The translations under genes were made by a program, and so were the position numbers. From Octopus bimaculoides (taxonomy: Eukaryota), in the NCBI RefSeq assembly GCF_001194135.2, contig NC_068982.1:76963573-77027572 (forward strand): a stretch of DNA of 64,000 nt, in the 5' to 3' direction. This document shows, one piece after another, positions 25,434 to 38,800 of the stretch (position 1 is the stretch's first letter; every line of letters starts with the position of its first letter). Under the pieces are notes generated by a model. It saw nothing but the letters and a program-made list of their open reading frames with translations. It was not told where the DNA came from and made no database searches.

Positions 25434-28400
25434 TATAGAATTCTGCATGGTTTTTATTCTCCATGTTTCTCTCTTTGTCTTTCTAAACTCAATGTACATC
25501 CAAAGTTGAAAGAAACACCAAGAGCTATTCACTGGTATTTGCTCTTTTTACTGCTGCTAAATGTTGTTGTTGTTGTTTTTATTTTTTTTAAATCTTTATT
25601 GTCAACNNNNNNNNNNTGTATTTTTCTGCTTTTATTTACTTCCTTAATCAGAATCCTCGGACACCGAAGGTAAGTTTAAATTCCCCCTCAAGCTGCTTAC
25701 AAAAACAAGGCTTTAGTACTTAAAATACAAATTTAAAAAATCCAGAAATCAAGCATCCCATGGACAGTTTGCCTTATTTAGTTTTTTTTTAGTTTTTTTT
25801 TTTATTATGGGAGCTAAAATGTTTATTTCAAACCCTTTGCCTTAAAAATAAACCCAAACACCCCCTCCTCCAAGAAAAACCAACCCAGTCAAATTTACAC
25901 CTTGAAAATCACTGATGGAGTTGTTATTCCCTTACATTACACTATATCAAACACTGCTTTTGTCCCAACACAAAACCAATATATTGGCTTCTTTCACAAA
26001 TATCTGAATTATGCATTTTACCTCAGCTTATTTTATGCATAATGCAGCAATCAGTGGAATAATATGCCTACATTGGGAAGTTTCTCTTTAAATTTGAAGT
26101 TCAGAATGTTAGAAAAACTAAAACTAGTAGTTTGTAATTTTCAATAAGGAAATTATATGTGAGATTGGTCTCTTGTTGCATAGAGATAAATTACGATTGC
26201 AAGAAAAGTTTGAAATCAGGTACACTCATAAGTACAGTTCTATATTTTGTATGTTGCATGAATAATCATTAGACAAAGATCATACCTTATTTACATTATT
26301 TACATTTGACGGATATTTGTCCTCATCTTGTTTGTTGTTATCACAAAGTTTCGGCTGATATACCCTCCAGCCTTCTTCAGGTGTCTTGGGGAAATTTTGA
26401 ACCTGGGTTCTCATTCCTAAGGTATTTTTCGATGTTGTTATTATTATTATTATTGTTCAGGTCACTGCTTGGAATCGAACTAGGAATCTTGGGGTTAGTA
26501 GCTCACACTCTTAACCACTATGTCATATGCTCATGGGCAATTATGGAATGAATTCTAGCACTTATAAACCTAATATTTTTCTATCCTTCCTTAATACTGG
26601 TTCCCATATGCTGCTCATATCTGTACTCGGTCTGCTTAGGAGGTTGTTGTGTCCTAGCATATGGGCTGCTTCTTTTAGTTTTCCTATTTTTCAGTGATGT
26701 TCTCTATTATTTTAACTTCATCCCACAGGGTGAGCTGGTCTCCATTTTTCCATACATGATTAGCTATACCCGATTTATCAATATCTCCTCATGTCACAGC
26801 TTTGCGATGTTCATCTACCCTTATTTTGAGGGGGTGGCATACTTCGCCTTTGTTTAACCTACCACAGCTGCATAGGATGGAGTACACGCAGTCTTTGGTC
26901 ATATTCTCTTCTATTGGTGGTTTTACTCGAAGGAGATATTTGCAAAGTGTTATATTACTCTTGAATACTGTCCTGATGTCATATGGGCCGCATATCTTTT
27001 GCATCTTTTCAGAGAGGCCTTTCACATAGGGTAAACAGACTGTGGACAGTTTATTGGCCTCATCCTCTCTCTTCTTCATAATTGGAGTGGATAGTATACT
27101 TTTGGAGTAGTTGTTGCTTAACAGATCGTTACTGAGCTTGATCATTTTCTCGTGGTGTGTCTCACAATCACTACTTATATTCTTTGCACGATGTTTTAGG
27201 CACTGAGCAATCCCTCTTTTTACACTGTATGGATGGTGGGAATTGAAGTTGAGGTATCGTCCAGTAAAGGTCGGCTTGTGGTATACGGGCGTCCTGAATC
27301 CATACTTGGTGCGTGTTATTAATACATCTAGGAATGCCAGCTGATTGTCTTTTTTGAGGAATGAAGTTAAAATAATAGACAGAGAACACCACTGGAAAAT
27401 ACGAAAACTAAAAGAAGCAGCACATATGCTAGGACACAACAACCTCCTAAGCAGACCAAGTGCAGATATGAGCAGCATATGGGAACCGGTATTAAGGAAG
27501 GATAGAAAAATATTAGATTTATAACCCCTAAAATTCACTCCATAATTGCCCATGAGCATATGGCGTAGTAGTTAAGAGCGCAGTCTACTAAAGCCAAGAT
27601 TCCGAGTTTGATTCCAAGCAGTGACCTGAACAATAATGATAATAACAACAACATTGAAAAATACCTTAGGAATGAGAACCCAAGTTCAAAATTTCCCCAA
27701 GACACCTGAAAAAAGCTGGAGGGTATATCAGCCAAAACGTTGTGTTAACAACAAACAAGATGAGGACAAATATCCGTCGAATGTAAATAATGTACACTCA
27801 TAAGTAGTTTTGGAAGAAAGGTTAGCAACATACGATGAAGAGAAACAAGAACAAGGAGGAAGGGGCAGGGAGGGAACAATAAATTTTTTTTTTTCTGATA
27901 TGTGAGTCAAATGGAAGGTGCTGACATCTTATTTGAGGACTTGAGCAAATTCAAAACTACATAAAGGTGCTATAAAATAAAGTTTATATTAATGAGTTTC
28001 TAAGTGTGTTATTTATGAGATTAAATAATTTTACAGTTTGAGGTGCTTTACATATTAAGATAATTTTTCTTTTCTTCTTTTGAGAGGTAAGTTTGACATA
28101 CATGACAACAGATTAGGGTTTAATTTTTGTTTTGTTTTTCCTTCCAATGAAAAACTCTGCACCACTGAATATGGTTGTCATGTGTACAAATATTGTCTTG
28201 GATGTGACCTTTCAATAGGACAAGATATTTATATTGAAATCTTTTGCTCTAAAACTTGACACCTTGAAGAATTGGCCGCCTCTGTAGATATCTAAATTAT
28301 GTGTATTTACATGGGAGCAGGTATGTCTGTTTAGTTAAAAGGTTTGCTTTGCAACTACATGGTTTGAAAATTATTCCCACTGCACAGCATCTTAAGCAAG

Positions 28401-30842
28401 TATTTTCTACTATAGCCTTAAGTCAACCAATTGATTGTGAGTGAATTTGATACACAGAAACTGTACAAAGTTTGCCTTTTGTGTATGTGTGTAATTGTTT
28501 ACATTTGTGCTTCTCTGAAAAACTGAGCTACAAAAGTGATATACTGTCAACTTTCTATCAACACATCATCTGGTTCTGTGCTTTCAAAACCTTCACTCAA
28601 AAAAACAGGTAAGGATTCGTAGCAGAAACATTCCTGACTGTAAAACAATAATATATAAAAATTATATATTCATTTTAACCCATGCTAGCATGGGAAAATG
28701 AATACAGCTTGTTTTGGGAAGGACATCCAGCCATAATGACTATACCAAAGCAGACAGTAGAGCTTATTGCCGTTCCCTAGCTTGCCAGCTCCTATCAAAC
28801 CGTCTAATTCATACCAACATGGAAAAAGGGACAATAAATCGTTATGATGATAATGGTATACAGATATTTTAGGTGTATATGTGTGTTTATGTGCACACAT
28901 GACTGTTAGCAGTATTTAGGTAGTATGCACAAAAACTGTTCTGTTTAAATTTATTTCACTGACAGGATAAAAACTGAATAGAAATAAATAATTTTTAGCT
29001 TGAGAGAGGTTATCATATCAGTGAGACTTAGAATTTAAATGTATGTTATACAGCTTTATTCTCCTATATACTGTTGATATCATTCATATATATATGTATA
29101 CATATATATTTGTTAGTCGTCACAAAAAAAGAGAGTACTCCCCTCCACCACCCTCATGAAAGTTATCCTTTTGTAGGAATTCAGAAAAAATTGATAAAAA
29201 GCTTCACAGCGGCAATTATTCATTTTTGTCTTTAAATATTCAAGTCTGTTTAAAGACAGTGAGTTTCTTGTTACCCTCTTTTAGTTATTGCTCTCAGGTA
29301 GTGAGCTTTGAAGATGAGATATAGAGCTAAAATGATTTGGAAGGTATTGTTTTAGACCACAGAGACCTAAAATTAAATTGCTAGACAAATCTTTAACTGT
29401 CTATTTCCATTTTCTTGTGTCAGAATGAGTGGAAGAATAATTTTTGCTTCCACTCAAAATAAGAAAGAGGTGAAGGAATATCCATGATGTTTGTGGCCCC
29501 ACCTGAAGGATAATAAGATTAGTAAGAATGACACACAGAATGAAGTCTGAGGTATGGAATTGGGGAAAAAACGCCAAGGAGAGGATTCTAAATGATTAGT
29601 CAACAATGGCAAGACTAAGATAAGGATTGATGTGAAACTGGTATGGGTTGGTGTGGATATAGTGAATGAAGTGAAGAACAAGTATTTTTCCAATTATTTG
29701 GGTGCTAAGCACTCAATTTGTAAAGAAGATGGGCTTGGAGACAACGCAGTGGCTGCTACAAGACTTAAACTTCATATCCATGGGTTAAAAAAACTTAAGT
29801 AGTTTTATTACAGTTAATACATCATATTTGAGGAGAGATAAACAAAAGAGAATAAAGTTAGATATTCAACTGATCTTGTTTGTTAGCTGGTTTATATATA
29901 TATATATATATACACCCACACATATACACTAAATAGATTCTGTTTATCATAATCATTGTTTTAATGTCAACTTTTCCCTGTTTGCATGGGTCAGATGGAG
30001 TTTATTGGAGCATATTTTTCTACGCCCAGATTCCCTTCCTGTTTCCAGGCATAACCAGACATGTTCTTCACAGAATATTGGAAATGAATGACACTGCTTC
30101 TATTAGTGTCATTCACTTATAACTATCACACAATGTCAAAGCAAGGAGACACAAACACACTTGCATACCTACATGTACAAACATACTTACACATACCTTC
30201 TTCTATCTATGTTTGGTAGTGAACAGGACAGTATACTGGTAGTAATAATAATAAGGTTAGAAGAAATGAAGAAATTGTTCCTTAGTTTATTTACATAGAT
30301 ATACAGAAATTTTCCAAAGAAATAAAATAAAGTAAAATATTTACATTGTTACATTAAAAAATCTTCTGTCTAGTGCTTGAAGATGGTCTGATGGGCTTCT
30401 TTCAGTTTCCATCTACCAATGATGATGGCATATGTTTTGTTGCTGCCAAAGATGAATGAGAACTTCAATAATACTTATGGTCATTCCAGCCATGTCTCTG
30501 TGCAGCCCCAAATTATTAGCTCCATTAGAAAGACCCTCTACATTAACACTGCACATCCATTAAATCACATTTATTTGATTCCTCTCTGAGTATCAAACAC
30601 TTTCTCTCTATAACATCTATATACTATTATCATGTAACATTATTCACACATGCTCAGCTTCCAAAGGCTTACACTTTCAAAAAATAACTTTTTGGGTACT
30701 AAATTTCTTATTCTGTGTGTTACTAACCAGTGCTTTGGTCTTTAAACTTCTCTTCCACATTTCACAGCAACTCTTATTGCAGAATCTTTCAGATACCAAG
30801 TATATGTAGGACCAAATGCCTAAGTTGTAATCAGATGTGGTC

Positions 30843-30883
<41 letters not shown>

Positions 30884-33800
30884 GGAGAGAGAGAGCGCCT
30901 TGTTAAAACCAGCCTGTATACTAAATTTCTTATGAAATTCATTGTGAATCCTCATATTACTTCTTGTATCCCTATGCATAGCTGTGTGTTTGTATCTAAC
31001 AATGCAGAGATATCAAATACATTTTTCAGGTCAACAAATGATAAGTAAAGTTGTTTGGTCCTTAACTAAGCAGTTCTCTTGCAGTTGCATCACGAAACAT
31101 TGAATTTGTGCTTCCATATACTACTCCACCACCACCATCAACTGTCTCTTATCTAACTCTACTAATTTTTAAACCTACCACTGTTCTAGTTATTCAAACT
31201 TCTTCAACCTGAGTTTGTCAACCATAAATCCATGTGTGTGCGAGGGGTACTTTCTTCATCAGACATTGATATTCAGTTATTTCCCTGTCTCTTGCTGTAG
31301 AGAAGACAAAACATTGATTTGCTTCTTGTGTCCACTTCTATAGATAATGACCGGTTGGTTGGCTAGTTTTCTAACTTTCTATTTTTAATGGTAAAAACAT
31401 TGAAGCTGTAGAATATTTACAAGCTGTTATTTTGTTTTTTCTTTTTCTCTTGGGATATTTCCCCCTTGTAAACCAACATATCCATCCTGTTTTCTGCCAT
31501 AATCCTCTAAATCCCCTGCTATGTTTATATGTTTGTACAATGTGGTTGACAAGCTTGCTTTCAAACCATGTGGTTTTGAATTCAGCCCCACTGCATGGCA
31601 GTATGAGCAAGTGTTTTCTATTATAATCCCAGGCTGACCAAAGCCTTGTGAGTGAGTTTGGTAGATGGAAACTGAAAGAAGCTCATCAAGTGTGTGTGTG
31701 TGTGTGTGTATGTCTGTTTGTCACACAAGCAATGTCATTCATTTCCAATATTCTGCAAAAGCATGTCTAGTCATGAGGAAATATTACCTTGCTTGTAAAT
31801 AGGTGAGGGTTGGTGACAGGAAGGGCATCCAGCTGTAGAAAACCTGCTTCGATAAACTCCATCCAACCAATACAAACCTGGAAAAGTGGATTTTAAAATG
31901 TGGATATTATCCTGGAATCAGTTTATTTCTTTCATCCATTAATCTTATATATGGAACATCATAAATAGAAATAAAGATGTCATGTTGCCTATCACAAGCT
32001 TGAATTTAATTATTCTGTTGCCTACTCTGGTTACCTAAGTTAACTATGCTGCAAATAACAAGGTAGGCATGGATGTGTGGTTAAGAAGTTTGCTTTCCAA
32101 CTACATGGTTCAGCGTTCAGTCCTATTGTGTACCACTTTAGTTTCTGAGCGAGTGGCTTCTGCTGTAACCCTGGGCTGAGTAAACTTGTTAGAAGAAAAC
32201 TGAAAGAAACCCATCATGCATATGTATGTTTGTGCCTCCTCGTCTTGACATCACTTGATTGTTGTGAATGAGCATGACTGACATACAAGCAGTGTAATTT
32301 ATTTCCAATCTTCCAAGAAAGCAAGTAAGAAGCATATCCAGCCATAGAAAATATAGCTCAACCAATTCTCTCTTACTCATGGAAAAGTGGACATTAAAAC
32401 AATAATGACGATGTTACACCTGTGCCATTTACCACATTTAACTTACCTTTCTTCCACAGCAAACTGTGTTGAAGTTAACTTTACTGAGATTCTGTTATGA
32501 AAATATGTGTGTTGGTATGTTTGTATCTCCCTACAGAAGGCAGATTGTATAAGTGTAATGTAGCATGGCAATGATTTTGAATATAGATGTGAAAGTCTAG
32601 AGAGAAATGAGGTCATGTTTGATGTGTATGGTTAACTTGCATGAAAGTCAGAGCACACGTGAACTATGAATATGGCTAGATTTCATAGGTACACATTGAT
32701 GGAGACTATACTGATGTGGACTTGGGTTGTCAATGAAGGAGTTCAAACAAAAGTGTTTAACCCTTTTGTTACCAACCCAGCTTAAACCAGCTCTGGCTTG
32801 AGTACAAATGTCTTGTTTTCATAAGTTTTGAATTAAAATCTTCCACCAAACCTAAGTCACAATTTATGTTCCTAACATTAGCTGAATGATAACTAAGTTA
32901 TTTTAGTAAATTCTTTGTTATATTTAAAGTAACTGAAAGAAATACAGAGCATCTCAAAATAAATACAGTAACGAAAGGGCTAAGTCAAATATCGGGATGT
33001 TGAGCCTCATATATGAAATGACAATGGATTAAAACAAGTGGCAATATGCTATATAATAGGATCGACTATCTCAGGCCAACTTGATAAAATGGACACTAAA
33101 ATGATGATGATGATACAAACATACATACCTGTCTTCTGCAAGTATTTGTCGCTGAAATATATCCATTTACTTTCTAGAAATAGTAGTCTCTTTGTGTATA
33201 TTTATCAACAGCTACTGTATGGTTAAGAGGCTTACTTCCCAACCATGTAGTCTCGGGTTCAGTTCCATTTTTTGCTATAGCACCAGGCCATGTGTGTGAA
33301 TAAGCATGAATGCAGATATTTTGCTTGTTGCCATTTAAGCAAAGTGGTGATGATGTTGATACAATAACTGATTGTGTAGCACTTTCAAAGATCTGTGGAA
33401 TATAAAGATCTTTTACTTGAAAATCATCTGGTTATAAAATCCTTTCTCAAAATCAATAGAAATAACTTCATTTTTTGGAATTTTGCTAAAACTGGTTTGG
33501 GCAATATCTTGTGTTATAAAAAAAAACATTTTTTTAATTATTGACCCTGTCATAAATAAGAACCAAGATATCGAGGATATAATGCAACTAGCATGCTGTC
33601 ACTATAAAAAGGTTAAACTTTACTTAATGACACTAAACACTTTATAAATTCATGGAATACATATTGTATTTATGAACACAAACAGAAGGGTTTGTAAAGG
33701 TTGGGTGGATTTAACTATTTCATTATTTGACTTTGTCATTTAGACTAAACATTAGTTATATTACTATGCTTCACATAGTCAACTAGAAATAGTAGTGCAT

Positions 33801-33989
33801 ATATATAATAGAAAAGGATATTTTACCATGACATAACTATAGAAGTTTCATCTCTATGAAACAGTTCTTGGAAGAGAAGCCGTCAAGCATGGTATCCATT
33901 AGCTATAGAGTATATGAAATATAAAGTAAGATCAGTGCTCTTAAAATGCATGGCTTTAAAAACAAAAGTTTAGAATATAGTTTTGCTTT

Positions 33990-34028
<39 letters not shown>

Positions 34029-35786
34029 CCGGAGATGTACTTATCTGGCAAGTGATATGATCTGAGTGTGTTGAAACTAAAACAGTTACAGCATGGAAGA
34101 CACGTATGTACCATTCAAACACTAAAAAACTACTGACTTCTTTTAATCCTTTATTATTTTGTGTAAAAAATTTTCATCGCACTATCTGCAACCTGGTCGC
34201 CAACACAGTTCTACTTGAACTGGTTTAAAACAAGGTTATTAGCCAACATATATAATCGTTCTGACCAAATAAACTGACCCACAACAGGTTGTTGGTGATG
34301 ACAACCAGAATTACTAACCTTTATGGATGAAAAAAAATTATTTAAAACCCTGTGGCCTATATATACTGGACAACAGCCTTGTCTTAAACCAGTTGAAGTG
34401 AACTGTGTCAGTGACTCAGAGATACTGTGAGTAAAATATTTGATGCCAAAAAATAAAGGTGTAATTGAAGTTAACAGATTTTATATGTTTTTTTTTTTCA
34501 AATGGCTAACGTGTGTTCCAAACTGTAATTGAGATATATAAAGGTTTGTGTCTTGTTCTATGATGAAAAATAGTTACTGTCTAGTGTTTACAGTTTTGTG
34601 CATTCTTCTGTAAAGAAATAATCATATCAGGATTGCTGTAAATAGTCAATAATCGTTGATGAATTTCTGAATATTTTTCTTTAAGTTACCCTTGGCATGT
34701 GTAAATTTGCGTTTCGTAGTGAAATAAAATGAATCCAAAAACTGTATTGACTTTCATTTATTTCTGTTGTAGGCTTATGATGTTAGTGCAATTAGTAACA
34801 TTTGGCTGTTAAGCTAATTAATCTAAATGAAATATGTGCATCCATCAATGTAGTTCTTATCATCACCAAATCTCTTCGTTTTTTTCCTTCCATTTTTCTT
34901 TATTCCAGACATTTTTACAGAAAGTAAGATATGATATGAAGAGCAAAAATTTCTTTCTTATCTTCCGTTGAGCATTTCATATAAACTATCTTCCCCTTTT
35001 GTTTACCATATTTCTATTGAAATATACTACTTTTGTTTCAATTAATTTTGAAAACCGTGAAGAATTTAATAAAATATCTTGGTCATGATAACCCTTTTGT
35101 TACCATAGTGAAGAATTTGACTTTGTCTGGGGTTTGGAACATAAATTGAAATTTGATAGGTTTAATTTAGATCACTTCAAAACAGGAAGTTTTTATCATA
35201 GAACCAGAAGCTGTTTTGGGCAGGTTGGTTTCAAAAGGTTGGTTAAGCTAGTATTTGAAACATTAATTAACCTGAAAGTTTGGTGGAGTGTTTTAATTTG
35301 GATAATTTTAAATAGGAAGGATTGTCATAGAACCAGGGGTGGTTTCAGGCAGGTTGGTATCAAAAGGGTTAACAGCAACAACAACAAAAAAAGGAAAAAG
35401 TACAGCTGTAGCCTAAATGTAAACAGTTTTCTTTTAATGTTTGTTAGGCGAGTGGGAATAACAATATTGAAAATACTAGTATTTTCCATAATGTGAAATT
35501 TTCTTTTGTGTTTAGGATGTATCTGCAGAACTTGTGGAAGGGCTCGAGGTATTATTTCATTTGATTGCATGTTGTTACCCACAGAAAACAAAGTGATTTT
35601 TACAATAAAAAAATTCTTTAATTTTTTTTTTCTTGTCAGCAGCTTATAACTTTTAAACCATTGGAGTGACACTTAATTACATTGTTCATTAAGACCCGTA
35701 AAATACATTTTTTTTGTATAATTAATTCTACTTTTCTCTTTCCAATTCAACTATTAGCACTGTGAGTTTTAACAAACAATAAAACA

Positions 35787-35819
<33 letters not shown>

Positions 35820-38800
35820 TCTTAATTTCAGTGTGTCATTTATATATTTTTTAAAAACGTGTTCATAATTTTTGTTGTATTTTTCTGAGTGATTCATAAT
35901 AATTTTTCTAAATTTTGTTGGAAAATGATGTTTTTTAATATCAAGATTCAGGTTACAGAAGATTCAGGTTTTCATTAAACAATATCGTTTTAATTAAAAC
36001 TAGTAAACTATAATTAACAGCAACAGCACCTATTTAAGTAAGTTTTACATTAATTATAACTGTTGATATTTTCACTGTTGTTCACTAATTAAAACATAAA
36101 ATGTTGCAAATATATTTACCCATAAATTATATATTATGATGGTAGTAACAGGAATAATGTTGGAATATATGTGCAAGACAGTATATGTGTGTGTGTGTGT
36201 ATCGCCTGTATACATGTATGTATTTGTGTATAGACATATGTTTATCTTTCTTTGGGCAAATAGTTGTATGTATATGTGTGTTTGTGAAGAGAGTTTTTGT
36301 CCAGATTCTTCAATTTAAAACAGGTATTTCAGTCATTTCCATAATAATTCTGTACCCTTAAGTATTACATTCACTTTTGATTAGAAGGTGAAGCACCATT
36401 GTAACATTTGTTAAGTACTCTTAATCACACGCAATCACCAGGTGTGATCTAATTATTCCTGACATATATCATAGTGCATTACTCTTTGAAAAAATTCTTT
36501 GTACATCACCCATATAATTTGATAATATTTAATGTATTTTTCTTATCTGAACAGGTAATCCTTTGTGAGCAAAATATGTCTGTTTGTTTGGCTGAGAAAA
36601 CAAGTGTGAATTCCTTGAAATTTTGTGTGTTTAGCTTTGCAATTTAAAAAAAAAAAGTTACATTCACAGAACACATTTGTCAGACCAGACCTCCACCCCA
36701 ACTAAAATTTCTTCACATGATTAATCTTTCTCTCTGTCACATCTCTCTTCACTTTTATCCACTCACCATTTTACCTGTCTTCATGCATGATTTCAAGATT
36801 GCTTCAAATATATCATCATCTCACATCTGTTTTCCATGCTGACATGGGTTGGACAGTTCAACAGGAACTGACGAGTAAGAGAGCTATGCCAAGCTCTACT
36901 GTCTGCTTTGACATGGTTTTCATGACTGGATGCTCTTCCTAATGCCAACTACTTTCCAAAGTGTACTGGGTGCTTTTGTGTGTATGTGTAACACCAGCCC
37001 CAGGAAACTAGCAAGACAAGACTCAACTGAGGGAGGTGACTTTATGCCAGATATTGAGAGGTTAGAGTATGGTGGAGGGACAGGAACAAATGTCAGCATG
37101 GAAGACATTAAATATTGATGATATACATGCATACACACATACATACACTACCTCTAAACTAAAAATGCTGTAAAGTCTTGGTGTTACAAAGACAAGGAAA
37201 GTTTAGAGGCAAAGACACTTTAGATGTTATAGAACTTTTCAAGGAACTCTTACTTCATATAGAAGCACTTATTCCAATATTCTTCCAATAAAAAACAATT
37301 GCCCTTCATTACAATACTAAATTAAACCAAAGTACCTTTCAAATAATAATTATTACTAATCACTAAAATACTGAACTTAATTTCTGTTCTTTTCTTATGC
37401 TTTTCTGTTGGAATAATATTGAGTGTATATAAAGTAAGTGGAAATAATATGCCAGGATTTACAACTGAGGGATTATTAAATGAACAAACAAAATAAAACA
37501 GCAATATTCCACTCTTTTTTACCTTATTTAAGGTGAACTCAGGAAAGTATGTTGGTATTACCAACTGTCAATGTCATATATACTGACAACCTTAGTCATT
37601 CATTGTTCTTTAACTATTCAAAGCCAGTCACACTTGTTTCAGTAGAGATAATTCTAAATTTTCTAGATAAAGTAGGAATTGTAAATCTATTCTTTATCTT
37701 GATTTCATTCTAATATAATTCATTGTTAAATGTATTTTGGTATTAATGAAATGTAGTATATAATATCATAATTATTATTAAGGCAGTAGACTGGCAAAAT
37801 TGTTAGCATGTCATTATGTTCTTATTTCAAATGCTACTGGGATCAAGCTTGCCTTTCATAAAATAAAGTACCAGTTAAGTACTGAGGTTGATGTAAGCAA
37901 ATAACCTCTCTCCCCAAAATTTCAGGCAGTGTTCCTTTATCATTATTAATTTATGAAGACTATTGTAAATCTTCATGAAGGTAAATACGCAATTAGAAGA
38001 GTGCAGTATGTAATAAAACACAGATTAACTTTGTTTATTGAAGATTATTTCAACAGTATATCAAGGAAAGAATGCCGAACAGACCAGTTGTGAATTTTTG
38101 AATTTCCATGTATTTTTCAATTTTCATTATTCTTGTCTTATTTTGAACCCGAAAAAGACATATAAAGTCAGTCTGTGTTTTTTTTTTTACATACCATGCT
38201 GTTCTAATTGTGTATTATTATTATTAAAGTAGCAAGTTGGCACAATCTATATGTTCAGTTCAAATTTCACCAAGGTCAACTTTGCCTTTCATCCTTTCTG
38301 GGTTGATAAAATAAGTACCAGTTGAACACTGGGGTAATCCCCATTCTCCTAAAATTGTTGGCTTTGTACTATAATTTGAAATCATTAAAGACAGTGAGCT
38401 GTCAGAATTGTTAGCACATTGGATAAAATGCTTAGTAGCTTTTCTTCTGGCTCTTAACATTCTAAGTTCAAATTCCACTAAGGTCATAAAATACTAGTTG
38501 AGTACTGAGCTTGATGTAAACAACCTTTAAAATTACTGGCCATGTGCCAAAAATTGAAACCATTATTATTTATTATAATATATTTCTTATTATTCTGAAA
38601 TCTTTAGAGCTTTGTTGCTGTCATATCTTTTAAAAATTAACATAATTTTCATTTACGATATTTAGTTTGAATTAAAAATTGACTTCTGTAAACTGAAAGC
38701 TGTTCTTCAAATCTATTTTACCTCAATATTTTTAAACATATGATCTTTCTATCAAAACTTGTGTAATCTCTTTACTATAATCCCTTTATAAATTCTATTT

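Larger units (their letters stand above)
26285..27795 (-). mobile_element. Penelope-like element (RT thumb plus GIY-YIG endonuclease), 5'-truncated, with inverted pseudo-LTRs
   Basis: ORF 26789-27559 has [46 protein letters not shown]...LKIRVDEH. About 430 bp at 26285-26720 is the reverse complement of 27361-27795. Confidence 0.92.

Noticed and set aside
27556-27630. Possible functional tRNA gene
   Set aside because: No complete acceptor stem, has an (AAT)n tail, and is duplicated within a retroelement; it is tRNA-derived rather than a tRNA.
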